From Sphyrna mokarran (taxonomy: Eukaryota), in NCBI GenBank assembly GCA_024679065.1, contig JAGIQG010000009.1, forward strand, positions 90,272,001 through 90,336,000: DNA of 64,000 bases. The letters are read 5' to 3'. Shown here piece after piece: positions 52,016 through 63,611 of this stretch (the first letter of the stretch is position 1; each line of letters begins with the position of its first letter). The notes under the pieces were generated by a model. The model did no database searches, had not been told where the DNA came from, and saw nothing but the letters and a program-made list of their open reading frames with translations. A program made the translations under genes and the position numbers.

Positions 52016-52979
52016 ATCCAGGGGTGACTTCAAATATGAAAAGTATCATGAGTATTTTCCGCTGCTGGACTACAGGCTTCTTGGGAAGACCTAACTTCCC
52101 AAGAAGTTAGGATGGTGGTGGATGGGCAACATCACCAACTGACAGTTCCACTCAAACCTGGGAATGGAGGCAGCCTCTAGAGGTGGATTATTGACAAGGG
52201 TAAGCCTCATGGAAAAACCTATAAGATTGCTGACAGACATGGTGTGCCTACACCATTCAACTACTGTGCAAGCAAATTTTTTGCTTTAAACAGTTAGCAA
52301 TGACACACTGCCTAAGGAGAGTGCTCCTAACCTTTGTTTTGTGCTATGGTGTGTTTTGACAAGTACCTCTCCCCACCTTCCCATCAACCCAGCAGACTAG
52401 GTTACGTGTGAGGCCTTGGGATGGAGCTTGTGACAATGCCTGAGATGAGAGCTCAGGATGCAGTAATGTGAGAAAGCTATAATCATTCAGTCAGTGAGGT
52501 TGGACAAGAATGGTGTGTGACGTTGTCCATTCAGCAAGTGACTGAAGGGCTGGGCATCAGTGTAATAGCCAAGACATGAGTCACTGGCCTTTGTGAGGCA
52601 GCTCCAGATGTTGAATGTGCGAACAGAGGGCTTTAGGAGAGAAATATTGTTAAGTCTCTCTCTTTGATGCTGCAGTGAGGAGAGTGAATGAAACAGAGCC
52701 TGTTGAACTGCCAACATTCCTCTCGCTCAAAGGCAGCAGAGAAAAAGAATTCTGTGGAGGAATTCAACTTGCCAAATGCACAAGCAAAACCATGAGGAGG
52801 AAGGGGTGCCAGGGCCTGCTGTGTACACAGTGGGTAAACACCAGAGAGCTGTCACTCAGAGGCCCCTAGCTAGACTGAAAGTGTGCACATGCCATCTGAT
52901 GTTCCTGTAAATGTCTGAGAAGCAGTTTCACTGCTTGGCCACATCTACCACCTTCTGCGGGATTTGTGTATTGGAGGCC

Positions 52980-53150
52980 ATCTATTGCAAGTGTCACTGA
53001 AAGTTACCGTGACCAGTGCCAGCACTGCCTCCATGCTGGGTTCATGTCCTTACTGGTGAACAGGTATAGAATATCACATTGCACCTTCACTGAATCCAGC
53101 AGTCTCCCTAGGGAGGCACCTGACAACTTGGGTGTGGATTTCTTTGCACT
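52980..53150 (-). pseudogene. Possible Myb/SANT-like ORF remnant of a PIF/Harbinger transposon
   Basis: Hand translation KKSTPKLSGASLGRLLDSVKVQCDILY...PAW resembles the PRFS..L..LL..V.....L...AW pattern of Harbinger Myb-like proteins; degraded. Confidence 0.35.
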
Positions 53151-54409
53151 TATAACTTGTCATTGACCAAGGAAATGTGGCTGATGCATGTTGAATGGCT
53201 TTTAAATGTGGCACACCGATCATTAAAGAGCTGAGCTAATGACGGGACAGGTGAATCAGACGCTGCCTGTCAGCAAGATGGTGTGGAGTACACGTCAGAA
53301 AGTTTTTGACCCTAAATACCACACAATATGGTGGGCAAAGCCACTATTGCTGTCGATGGGCTAAATGTCACTTTCCCACCAACCAATGGCCTTTGCTGAT
53401 TTCGGAGGAAATCACTAAAATAAAAAGCGAATTACTGCAGATGCTGGAATCAGAAACATATTGGAAAATCTCAGCAGATCTGATAGCATCAATGGAGAGA
53501 GAATAGAGCTAATGATTCGAGTCTGGATGACCTTTCATCAAAGCCTATTTCTATCCAAGAAAACATCATCTATTTTCATATTAATGCTGTTATTAGTTGG
53601 ACATATTGCTTACAGCCAAACCAACAAGCAGAATATCATTGCTTTGGAATGCTGTAATTACGTATGATCTTAGGCTCATTGGTTCTGGAAAGTCCCATGG
53701 AACAAACACCTTGACATTTTCTGAACCACATCTGCTTAGCAACAGCTAAGAACTTCTTAGAGTTCCAGCTGAGGGATTAGTTAAACTGCAGAGGGCTCTG
53801 TCTCCAGTAGATGGTACGAAGTCTGACAAACATCAGGTTTAAGTCCAACCGATTTATTTGATAGTAAACTCACAAGCTTTCAAGGTTACCCTCTTGGTCA
53901 TTCACCTGACAAAGAGGGTGGGTCATTGAGTGTCTTTAAGACAGAGATAAATAGGTTCTTGATGAATAAGGGGTTATGGGGAAAAGGCTGGAGAATGGGG
54001 ATGAGAAAAATATCAACCATTGAATGGTAAAGCAGACTGAATGGGCCGAGTGTTACCGTCACCAGTTCTGTGCACAATACTCCAGGTGAGGCCTGTACAA
54101 CTGAAATATAACATGACCAGATTTTATGAAATTCTTATAATTTCTGCACATAATTTTTCTCCTTGAATGGTGGATTTTGAATAAATAGAGTTATTAAATG
54201 GTTTATAGGCAATAGGGTTTGATCTCTGGGGTCACCGCACTGAACATGATAAAATTCTCCCCCCTTTCCCCACTGGGCTCAGGATGTTATTTAACTATCG
54301 GGAGGTGAATCCATGGGGAGGAGCCGCGGGACTGAATCCAGTCCCGGTTTCCCCGGGGCTGCTCTCACTCTCAGCCCGGGGCCCGGGGAGGGTGAACCCG
54401 GTCACTCAC

Positions 54410-54658
54410 CTCTCGGTTCCGCGGTTCCGTTCCAGCGGTTCTTCAAAACATTTAAATTGTTTTTCGCGGTGGCGATTTCGGCTGAGATTCCCTCCTCTCC
54501 TCCCCGTATTGTCTGTCTGTTAAACTCGGGAATCCGCGCCACCTCTTTCTTCAGTTTAAAATCCATGTAGAAAATCTCATCCCCGTCCAACTCCACATCC
54601 CAGTGTTTATCCGGAAAACTGTCCTGAACAAACAGGACCATGCGATCCCGGTGAACAT
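54410..54658 (-). CDS. MHC class II alpha chain, exon 2 (alpha1 peptide-binding domain)
   Basis: 249 nt between a pyrimidine tract/CACAG acceptor and a GTGAGT donor. Encodes YVHRDRMVLFVQDSFPDKHWDVELDGDEIFYMDFKLKKEVARIPEF...AKNNLNVLKNRWNGTAEPR, with the class II alpha DGDE-F-Y-D and R-PEF motifs and an NGT sequon. Confidence 0.96.
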
Positions 54659-55084
54659 CTGTGTGAGAGAGAGAGGGTTAAAATTAACAATATCTCACCC
54701 AGAGAAACTTAAACATCATTAAACCCGAATAAACCGACTGAAACAATCATCCCAGAGCTGGAACACAAACCAGATTAAATTTATATTAATGAGCACATTT
54801 CCTCCTTTCATTAATAAAGAACAACACAGGAAACAGGCCCTTCGGCCCAACAAGCCCCCGCCACCATTTTAACAGAGAGTGTCCTCCTCTACCTTTGTCT
54901 ACATCTATTGGGGAAATCAATGAGCTCTACTCAAGTCACCAAGTTTGAACTTTTTACAGCTTCCATGGCCAATTGGTTATGCTTCAGTCAGGGATGAGAA
55001 ATGACCTCTGACCAAATTCCTGTCTGGATTTTTCACTTAGAGTTGGTATGAACATCATCAGCAAATGAACGATCCAAACTCAGG

Positions 55085-55200
55085 ATGGGTGGCACAGTGG
55101 TTAGCACTACAGCCTCACAGTGCCAGGGACCTGGGTTCAGTTCCCAGCATGGATCACTGCATGTATGGAGTTTGCATGTTCTCCCTCTGTTTGCATGGGT
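55085..55200 (+). mobile_element. 5' part of a HE1/V-SINE
   Basis: GGCACAGTGGTTAGCACT A-box, GGTTCAGTTCC B-box and start of the core; truncated by the fold-back element. Confidence 0.75.
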
Positions 55201-55202
55201 TT

Positions 55203-55873
55203 AATGGGGAGAAAGTGAGAGGGTTTTTTGGCTGAGCTGAGTTTCATGAATTTATGGCACGCTGCAATGCCATACCAGTGGTGGAAGTGGCAGAGCCAAA
55301 ATCCATTGGAGAAGCTGACTTGCTCAGGGGGCCATATACTACATGCACCCACCTCCCTAACGTGCCCGCTCCTGACTGCCAGCTCCTTGACTGGCTCTGA
55401 TCTCTCATAACCAGCCCTGACCAATGATCAGCCCCATCACTAACCCCTCCCACCCCCCCAGTCCCTCAACGCATGATTCCCTCTTTCCTCTGCTCTCTCA
55501 CCTCCACCTCTCACCTGCCTCTGTCCTTGTCTGGCCCTGCCCCTATGAGGCCTGCCCTTTAGGAACACCCCCCACCACCACTCCCCCCCACTGCGCTCCC
55601 TGAGTACTGTCCAGACCAGGGTGCCAGGTTGGTAGTGCCAGGGTTCCTGCTGGGCATTGCTAAGGTGCCAGATTGGCAATGCCCAAGAGGCATGATGGGG
55701 GAGGTGGATGCATGTAGTACATGGCCCCCCGAGCATCCCGTCCTCTCTAAAGGATTTAGATCCACCACTCCCACCACTGGCATGATTCGCCTGATGTCTT
55801 CTGCATTGCAGAGTGCCATAAATTCATGAACACCCAAAAACAGATACGAAAACCTTTCATTTTCTGCCCATTA
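55203..55873. mobile_element. Fold-back/MITE with ~155-175-bp imperfect inverted arms
   Basis: TTCATGAATTTATGGCAC-CTGCAATGC and CTACATGCA-CCACCTCCC blocks at 55243-55358 mirrored at 55698-55830. Confidence 0.7.
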
Positions 55874-57007
55874 GACGCTTTGATTTTTTTGTGAAAATCT
55901 CCCTCCGCCACTATGTAGGATTTGCCTGTGCAAGCACATCACACAACAGATAAAAACAACCAGCTTTCATTAGCTGAATCTTCAATGAAGTGTTGCAGCA
56001 CAGTCTCTCCCTGCAAAGATGTATACACTCGATCTGCCATAGGCATATCTGGGTCTACAGTTGCCTTTCTTGTCTCACATATGTCCATGTGTTGAAAGGC
56101 ACTGGTGCTTTAAAGCAGCTTAACAACATTCCCAATGTCAAGTACTCACCATTGTTCAAGATGGTTTATTCATTGTGTGCAGAATGAGGGAATGCATTAT
56201 TATTGCATGTACTGTTCTGCAAAGCCTTATTGTGACTCTCCACCTAGACCTGACTCTCCCCATCTTGTCATCTGCTCTGACTGGTCACCCATCAATGTTT
56301 CTATGCGCCCGATATAACTTCTTCCATTGAATGGGTTATGGATAGCTGTATATTCACGCTGGTCTCCAGATCATACCACATGCTATTGTATCTCAATCTC
56401 AGACGTTCCAGAGGTGTTTGGAATCTTACCTGCTCTGAAGAGATGGCTCATTTTGGTTGTATGAGAGTCAACATTGTCAATGAACAATCTGGGAGGGATA
56501 CGCTCTTCTATCTGTGCACTGGATTTCATCCAATGGATGGTTTCTGAGCTGAGGAGACATGGTGCTTCAGGAACACCATATTGTGATTGAGTTTGGGAGA
56601 CCAGAGAACCTCAATGAGAACCCAATAACAGAGATGGCAATATGGGAACTGGGAGATGAGCCTCTATGTGAGAATGAAAGGCCTATCACACTTTTGGCTC
56701 TGCCTACTTCCACTGCTTAGCTCAAATCCTTCCTCCATTCCCAAAGCCTTTCCATGAGAGAATTATGGAGAGAATGAATCCAGTTCATCAATCCACAGAT
56801 TTCCATATCCAATGACAGGGTTATTGGGATTTCGCATCAGCTCCCACACATCAGAAATCCAAAGCCCTCACTTCAGTTATGTTAACTATTTGATCTACCT
56901 TCATACTGACCACAACAAGTCACAGGCCACCAATGCTATTTGATTACTTCTGTCGATAATGGCTGGGTTAATATGCATAAGTTCATTAGTTCCATAGTGG
57001 GAATTTC

Positions 57008-57173
57008 AATCAGTATTCTGTAAACTAAGTGTGTGTCTTTATATGTCCTGTTTGTGATCAGAACTCCCACTCACCTGATGAAGGAGTAGCACTCCGAAAG
57101 CTAGTGGCATTTGCTACCAAATAAACCTGTTGTTTATTTGGTAGCAAATAACCTGGTGTTGTGAGACTTCTTA
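57008..57173 (+). mobile_element. Penelope pLTR end (left arm of an inverted duplication)
   Basis: Collinear with the reverse complement of 58359-58513. Confidence 0.8.
57072..57106 (+). ncRNA. Minimal type I hammerhead ribozyme motif
   Basis: CAC-CUGAUGA-A-GGAGU(AGC)ACUCC-GAAA-GC-UA^GUG; core intact. Confidence 0.75.
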
Positions 57174-58175
57174 AGAGTAGGATAGATAGAGAGTCAGAGG
57201 AGCAGAGAGTAAATGTGAAGTGGGATACATGTAGATGAACAGAGTGGGGAGGAGAGAGAGAGAGAGAGACATGCATAGTGAAATGCATAGTGGGAAAATC
57301 ACACCAGGGATTTGAGTCAACATCTGCAAAGTGTAAAATTTGCAGCTTACTGCAGCAGCTTATATTGGAATAGATGTAACAAGCTGTGACAAGGAGAGAG
57401 TGGGATAGATAGAGACGAGCAGAGAGGAAAAGAAAGAGTGGGAGGGAGAGAGGGAGAGGGAGAAAGAGAGATGAGAGTAGACAGTAAACAGGAGAGAGAG
57501 AGAGAGACAAAGGAACAGAGAGTAAAGAGGAGTGGGAGACAGACAGAGAAAGAGAGAGAGAGAGAGAGAAGCAAAGAGGGAGGGAGAGGGAGAGAGAGGA
57601 GTAGAGACCATTTGAGCTTTTCACAGAAATGATGGGTCAAGGATTTCCATGGTGATTTGACATCTTCAGGCCAAGCAAAGATTCCAGGCTTTCAAGGATC
57701 TCAAATTTTCACTGCAACTTGACAGGTTTGTTCCTGACACACTGAGGTCAGCAATATCTTCATTAGGTAGATTGTACACGTCCCACATTAACATCTTCTG
57801 ATCTGGATTCCTTCTGCCACTCAGGATAATTTACTGATTCTCCATGGCTCTGAAAATCCAAGCCTTTGTGTCTCTCCCGGTCTCCACTTAACTACATACT
57901 CCTCTCCCACTGTCCCTTCCTCTCCCCCTTTACACTTTGCTTCTCTCTCTGTCTCTCCCTCTTTCTTTAATTTCTACACCTCTGTTTCTCTCTCTCTCCT
58001 GTTTACTCTCTGCTCCTATCTCTCTCTCCCTCTCTTTCCCCACTCTCCCTTTTCCTCTCTGCTCGTCTCCGTCAATCCCACTCTTCCCTTAACTCTCTGC
58101 TCCTGTCTGTGTCCCACTCCTCTTTACTCTCTGCTCCTTTAACTCTTTCCAGTTTAATCTCTGCTCCCAACTATA

Positions 58176-58209
<34 letters not shown>

Positions 58210-58358
58210 CTCCCCACTGTCTCTTTTCCTCTCTGTTCATCTCCATCTACCTTGTGGGCCGAAGGGCCTGTTTGTGCTGCAGTGTTCTATGTGCTATCTC
58301 CAAGTATCCCACTCCACCTTTACTCTCTGCTCCTCTCACTCTCTATCTATCCTACTCT

Positions 58359-58835
58359 TAAGAAGTCTCACACCACCAGGTTAAAGTCCAATAGGTTTAT
58401 TTGGTAGTAAATGCCACTAGCTTTCGGAGCGCTGCTCCTTCATCAAATGAGTGGGAGTTCTGATCACAAATAAGACATATAAAGGCACACACTCAGTTTA
58501 CAGAATACTGATTAGAATGTGAGTCTTTACAGCTAATCAAGTCTTAAAGGTACAGACAATGTGAGTGGAGATAATATTAAGCATTGATTAAAGAGATGTG
58601 TATTATCTCCAGAGAGGACAGTTAGTGAGATGTTGCAAGCCCAGGCAAGTCATGGGGGTTACAGATAATGTGATACAAATCCAAGATCCCAGTTGAGACC
58701 GTCCTCATGTGTGCAGAACTTGGCTATCAGTCTTTGCTCAGTGACTCTGTGATGTTGTTGTCATGAAGGGCACCTTGGGGAACGCTTGGAGAAGATCAGA
58801 GGCTGAATGTCTGTGACTGCTGGAGTGTTCCTCAA
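58359..58835 (-). mobile_element. Penelope 3' fragment (endonuclease C-terminus + pLTR)
   Basis: Collinear with 21395-21870. Hammerhead motif at 58415-58449 has the core C changed to U (UUGAUGA). Confidence 0.82.
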
Positions 58836-59217
58836 CACTTATCATATCCTACTCTTCCCTTTACTCTCTTTCTTTTATTACCACCTTCAGTACCTGCTTC
58901 TCTCTGATCAATTGCCATTTACCATTGATTTGTTGTTTTTATTGTTCCTATCTACATGGAAACTGCTGTGTTCAATCCGTGCAGCATTTTCCAACAAGTA
59001 AGAGGAGCTTAAAGATTTCTTTATCACAAAGATTATTACCTTCGCCTCTGCTATTTCCTTCCCTTTCACTAGCTTGCCCAGGTTAACTTCTACCTGGTTG
59101 AGTCCTGAATTCACATCTTCTCTCCTATCTCCCCTCGTGCCCTCTCTGAGCTCATCTTGTCCATGAAATCCACCTCCTGTTCCCTTGACCCTATTCTCAC
59201 TGAATTACCCACCTTCC

Positions 59218-60056
59218 TTTGCAGAGAGACTTGGACAAGTTGCAGAGCTGGGCCGAGAGGTGGCAAATGGAGTTTAATGTGGAAAAGTGTGAGGTAATGC
59301 ACTTTGGCAGGAATAATAAATGTGTAGAGTATATGGCTAATGGTAGGATTCTTAATAGTGTTGATGAACAGAGGGATCTTGGTGTATTTGTGCATAGATC
59401 CCTGAAAGTAGGCAGTCAAGTCGATAAGGTTGTTAAGAAGGCATATGGAGTCTTAGCTTTTATTGGTAGGGGGATTGAATTTCGGAGCCGCAACGTCATG
59501 TTTCAACTGTACAAAACTCTAGTGCGGCCGCACTTGGAGTATTGTGTGCAGTTCTGGTCCCCGCATTATAAGAAAGATGTGGAGGCATTGAGAGGGTACA
59601 GAGGAGGTTTACCAGGATGTTGCCTGGTATGGAGGGCAGGTCTTATGAAGAGAGGCTGAGGGATTTGAGGTTGTTTTCGTTAGAAAGAATGCGGCTAAGA
59701 GGAGACCTTATTGAAACATATAAGATGATTAGAGGTTTAGATAGGGTGGACAGTGATAGCCTTTTTCCTAGGATGGAGAAAGCTAGCACGAGGGGACGTA
59801 GCTTTAAATTAAGGGGTGGTAGTTATAGGACAGATATCAGAGGTAGGTTCTTTACCCAGAGGGTGGTTAGGGAGTGGAATGCCCTGCCTGCGACAGTTGT
59901 AGATGTGCCAAGTTTGGTGGTGTTTAAGAGGTTAGTTGATAAGTTTATGGAGGAGAAGGGAATGGTTTAGTTTGGAGGGTCATTGCTTTTTTCATAATTG
60001 GTCGGCACAACATCGAAGGCCGAAGGGCCTGTTTTGCGCTGTAATGTTCTATGTTC
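59218..60056 (+). mobile_element. CR1 3' fragment (subfamily A)
   Basis: ORFs 59219..59659 and 59617..59970; tail. Confidence 0.93.
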
Positions 60057-60189
60057 CTCTCCTGCTCCCCATGTTCACGGATATTGTTCACCCATTCACT
60101 CTCTCCAGATATTGTCCTTCTCTATTTAAATTATGTCATCACTTTCAAAAAAATCCCCCCGACCATTTTCCAATTGAATTCTCTCACAG

Positions 60190-61545
60190 TACTGAAATGA
60201 TTCTTATTTAAGACCACAAACAATATCGTTTTTGACTGCAACAAAAATGAACTTTCCCTCCTCATCCTTCTCGGTGCTTCTGCTCTCTGTGGGGTTCTTG
60301 TCCCTCCCTGCTCACCTTCTCAATCCATGATTGATTAACACCACACCATCCTCTTCATTGTCACCCAGCTGGGTGTGACTGCTCTCAGCCACTTCTATAT
60401 TTAACTGTGAGCAGAGCCCCTCATTGGATTCTCTCTCTGCTCTCACTGTTATCTAAGGTATGGCTGTAGTGAGTGGTGTGGACGTATTTCAGGGAAGTTA
60501 GATATGGACATGAGGAAAAAGTATCTGGGCTGAGGAGAATGGTCTGAGATGGAATATAAACACTGGATTATTCCGGTTTGCTGGAATGCCTGGATTCCGT
60601 GCTGTATTATTCTGTGTAATTCTATGGGATTTATTCTTGTCTTCCTCCTGTTTCACATCCAAGCTCTGTTCCTCAGTGACATCATCCAAAACTCTGCTTT
60701 GAATTTCCACCTGTATGTTAATAACACCAAGCTCTGCCTCGTCATCACATTTCTGACTCCTCCACTATCTGATTTGTCACATTGTTCAATATCCAGTGCT
60801 AATGAGCAGAAATACTTTCCAAATAAATACTTTCCAAATAAATATCCATCCCTGGTCACTCACTGAGATTGAACCAGACTGCTTATAACCTCGGTGACCA
60901 GATGACCCAGATGTGAGTTTCCAACCCCACTCGCCCTCCATCACTGAGATTGCCTCTTTAACCTCTGTGAAATCTCATGCTTCATGCTGTCTATTGCTGA
61001 ATCCCTCCTTCATGCATCAGTTACCATTTGACTTGACAGTTCTATTGCTTCCTTAACTAATTACCAATCCTCTACCCTTCATTAACTTGAAATCATCCAA
61101 AGCTTTGCTACTTACATCCATACTCACACCCAGTCCTGTTTCTGTGCTCAGTGATCTGTATTCACGCCCAATCTGGCAATGCCTCAAGTTTAAAATGCTC
61201 ATCATGTTGAAATTTGTTTGTGGCCTTATTTTCCCAGGTCTCTGTAATCTTCTCCAGTTTTACAATTCTTTGATCACTCTGCATTCCTCTGGTCTCCCAC
61301 CAGTGGACGAAATGGCTTCAGTTGCCTCGATCCTAAACTCTGAATTCCCTTCCTGAACACTCCACCTCACTCTCCCAACTTTAAGAAACTTTTTTTAATC
61401 GGTTATCTCACCAAGCAGGTCATCCCTTACAGTGATTTCTTCTTGGGTTCTTCAAGTTTTGTATGATTAAACTCTAGTGAAATGCCATTTTCAAACATTT
61501 TGCTGTGTAAAAGGCACTATATAAATGCAAATTGTGCTTATTGAA
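60190..61545 (+). mobile_element. Very old L2-like LINE remnant
   Basis: Degenerate HSTE..L.K, FHLY(ADD)TKL and FKML-like peptides; AAAGGCACTATATAAATGCAA-type 3' end. Confidence 0.45.
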
Positions 61546-61922
61546 ATACAAAATAAATGTAACACATACTATACAGATTATAATTCAGAGTGCCAGGTGG
61601 TGAAGGATAGAATTGAAGCCCAATTATTATTCACTTACAAGTTTTTATTTACAGGGACGCACATTACATTTCGTGTCCTCATCTACAATACCAGCAACCA
61701 TCTGCTGCTATATACAAAACTACTTATTAGCGGAACTATAAATTACAGAAATGTACCTGCTTCCAGCTCAATGCATACTATGAATATAGGTAGATTTCCA
61801 GTACCAGAATTTAATTAAACATCCAGTTAATGTACAATTAACTCTTCCTGGAATAACATCACACGGAATCCAGTAAGATGAGAGATTAATATTTTTAAAC
61901 TATTTACTATTTCATAACTCAC

Positions 61923-61989
61923 ATTTCACAGCCCAGGCTCCATGAATCAAAACCAGCAACATCACAGTAAAATATGTTCCAACTTCCAT
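61923..61989 (-). CDS. MHC class II alpha chain, exon 1 (signal peptide MEVGTYFTVMLLVLIHGAWAVK)
   Basis: Too short for the ORF track; read by hand. ATG at 61989, 22 codons with a hydrophobic core plus 1 nt, then donor GTGAGT at 61922. The phase-1 junction T|AT joins exon 2 in frame. Resembles the shark class II alpha leader as recalled. Confidence 0.9.
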
Positions 61990-62128
61990 TATAATCCTTT
62001 TGTTTCTCCTAATTCTGATTCCAGCTCCTCTCAGTTTGCTATCAGTATCTGTCTGAAGTCAAGTTTCTATCTCACTCACTTCACTGAAATATCACTCTGT
62101 AATTGACATGTGGTTTAGCATTAATAAA

Positions 62129-62169
62129 CCAATCAGGAATTCAGATTTCCTCCATCAGCTGTTTCTGGG
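62129..62169 (-). promoter_or_regulatory. MHC class II proximal promoter: X box and Y box
   Basis: Minus strand CCCAGAAACAGCTG (62169-62156; 11/14 to the HLA-DRA X box CCTAGCAACAGATG), a 19-nt spacer, then Y box CTGATTGG (62136-62129), about 140 nt upstream of the ATG. The spacing is canonical for the RFX/NF-Y module. No S box confidently identified. Confidence 0.85.
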
Positions 62170-62273
62170 TGAAATACAAGTCTGTTCGCAATTTCTCTGC
62201 ATGAACTTTTGAGTTTGTTTTATTTGAGAGATAATTGCATTGGGACGAAGATTTTTGGAGATGATGAGGTATC

Positions 62274-63552
62274 AAAGAACAAAGAACAAAAAATAAACAA
62301 AATTATAGCTTTGGCCCTCCAAGCCTGCACCAACCACGCTGCCTCACTTAACTAAAGCCCTCTACTCTTCTGGGGACCATATCCCCCTATGCCCATGATA
62401 TTCTTACGCTTGTTAAGACGTATCTTAAAAGTCACTACCGTATCCCTTCTGCTACATCCCTTGGCAACGAGTTTCAGGCTTCCACTACTCTCCGTGTAGA
62501 AAATTTGCCTCATAATCTTCTTTAAACCTTGCCCCTTGCACCTTAAACCTGTGCCCTCTAGTAATTGACTCTACGATCCTGGGAAAAAGCTTCAGACTAT
62601 CCATTCTGTCCATGTCTCTCATAATCTTGTAGATTTCTATCAGGTTACTCTTCAATCTCCGTTGCTCCAGTGAGAACAAATCAAGTTTCCCCAACCTCTC
62701 CTCATAGCTAATGTATGCCATACCAGGCAACATTTTGGTAAATCTTTTCTGTACCCTCTCCAAAGCCTCCACATCCTTCTGGTAGTGTGGCAATCAGAGT
62801 TGAATGCTATATTCCAATTGCGGCCTAAATAAAGTCCTATAAGGCTGCAACGTAACATGCAAATTTTTAAACTCAGTACACTGGCCAATAAAGCAAGCAT
62901 GCCATATGCATTCTTGACTATCTTCTCCATCTGCATTGCCTTCCAGTAACCTGTATACCTGTACACCCAGATCCCATTGCCTAACAATACTTTTAAGGGT
63001 CCTGCCATTTACTGTATATTTCCTATCTGTATTCAACCTTCCAAAATGCATTCCCTCACATTTGTCCAGATTAATCTTCATCTGCCATCTCTCTGCCCAA
63101 GTCTCCAACTGGTCTATATCCTGCTGTATCCTCTGATGGTCCTCATCACTACCTCCAAATCCAACAACCTTTGTGTCATCTGCAAACTTACTAATCAATC
63201 CATTTACATTTTCCTCCAAATTATTTATGTATATTACAAACAGCAAAGGTCTCAGCACTGATCCTTGAGAACTACATTCTCAAGGAGAACTACAGCCCTC
63301 CATTCACAAATGTACCCTTCCACTGCTACCCTCTGTCTTCTTTGACCGAGCCAGTTTTGTAAACTCCTTGCCAGCTCACCTCTGATCCCATGTGACTTTG
63401 TCTTCTGCACCAGACTGCCATGAGTGACCTTGTCAAAGGCCTTATTGAAGTCCATGTAGGCAACATTCACTGTGCTACCCTCATTAATCATCTTCGTCAC
63501 TTCCTCAAAAAACTCGATCAAGTTCTGTGAGACACAATCTCCCTTCACAAAG
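62274..63552 (-). mobile_element. CR1 3' portion just upstream of the MHC promoter
   Basis: ORFs 63252..63548, 62794..63258 and 62485..62793; tail at 62274. Confidence 0.88.
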
Positions 63553-63611
63553 CCTGCTTCTCCACATCATGGAGTAAAGGTACAGGAGATTGGAGAATTG
63601 ATCTGGACCAG

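Noticed and set aside
57058-57640. 188-aa Ser/Leu-rich ORF and neighbours
   Set aside because: Translation of GA/TC low-complexity sequence.
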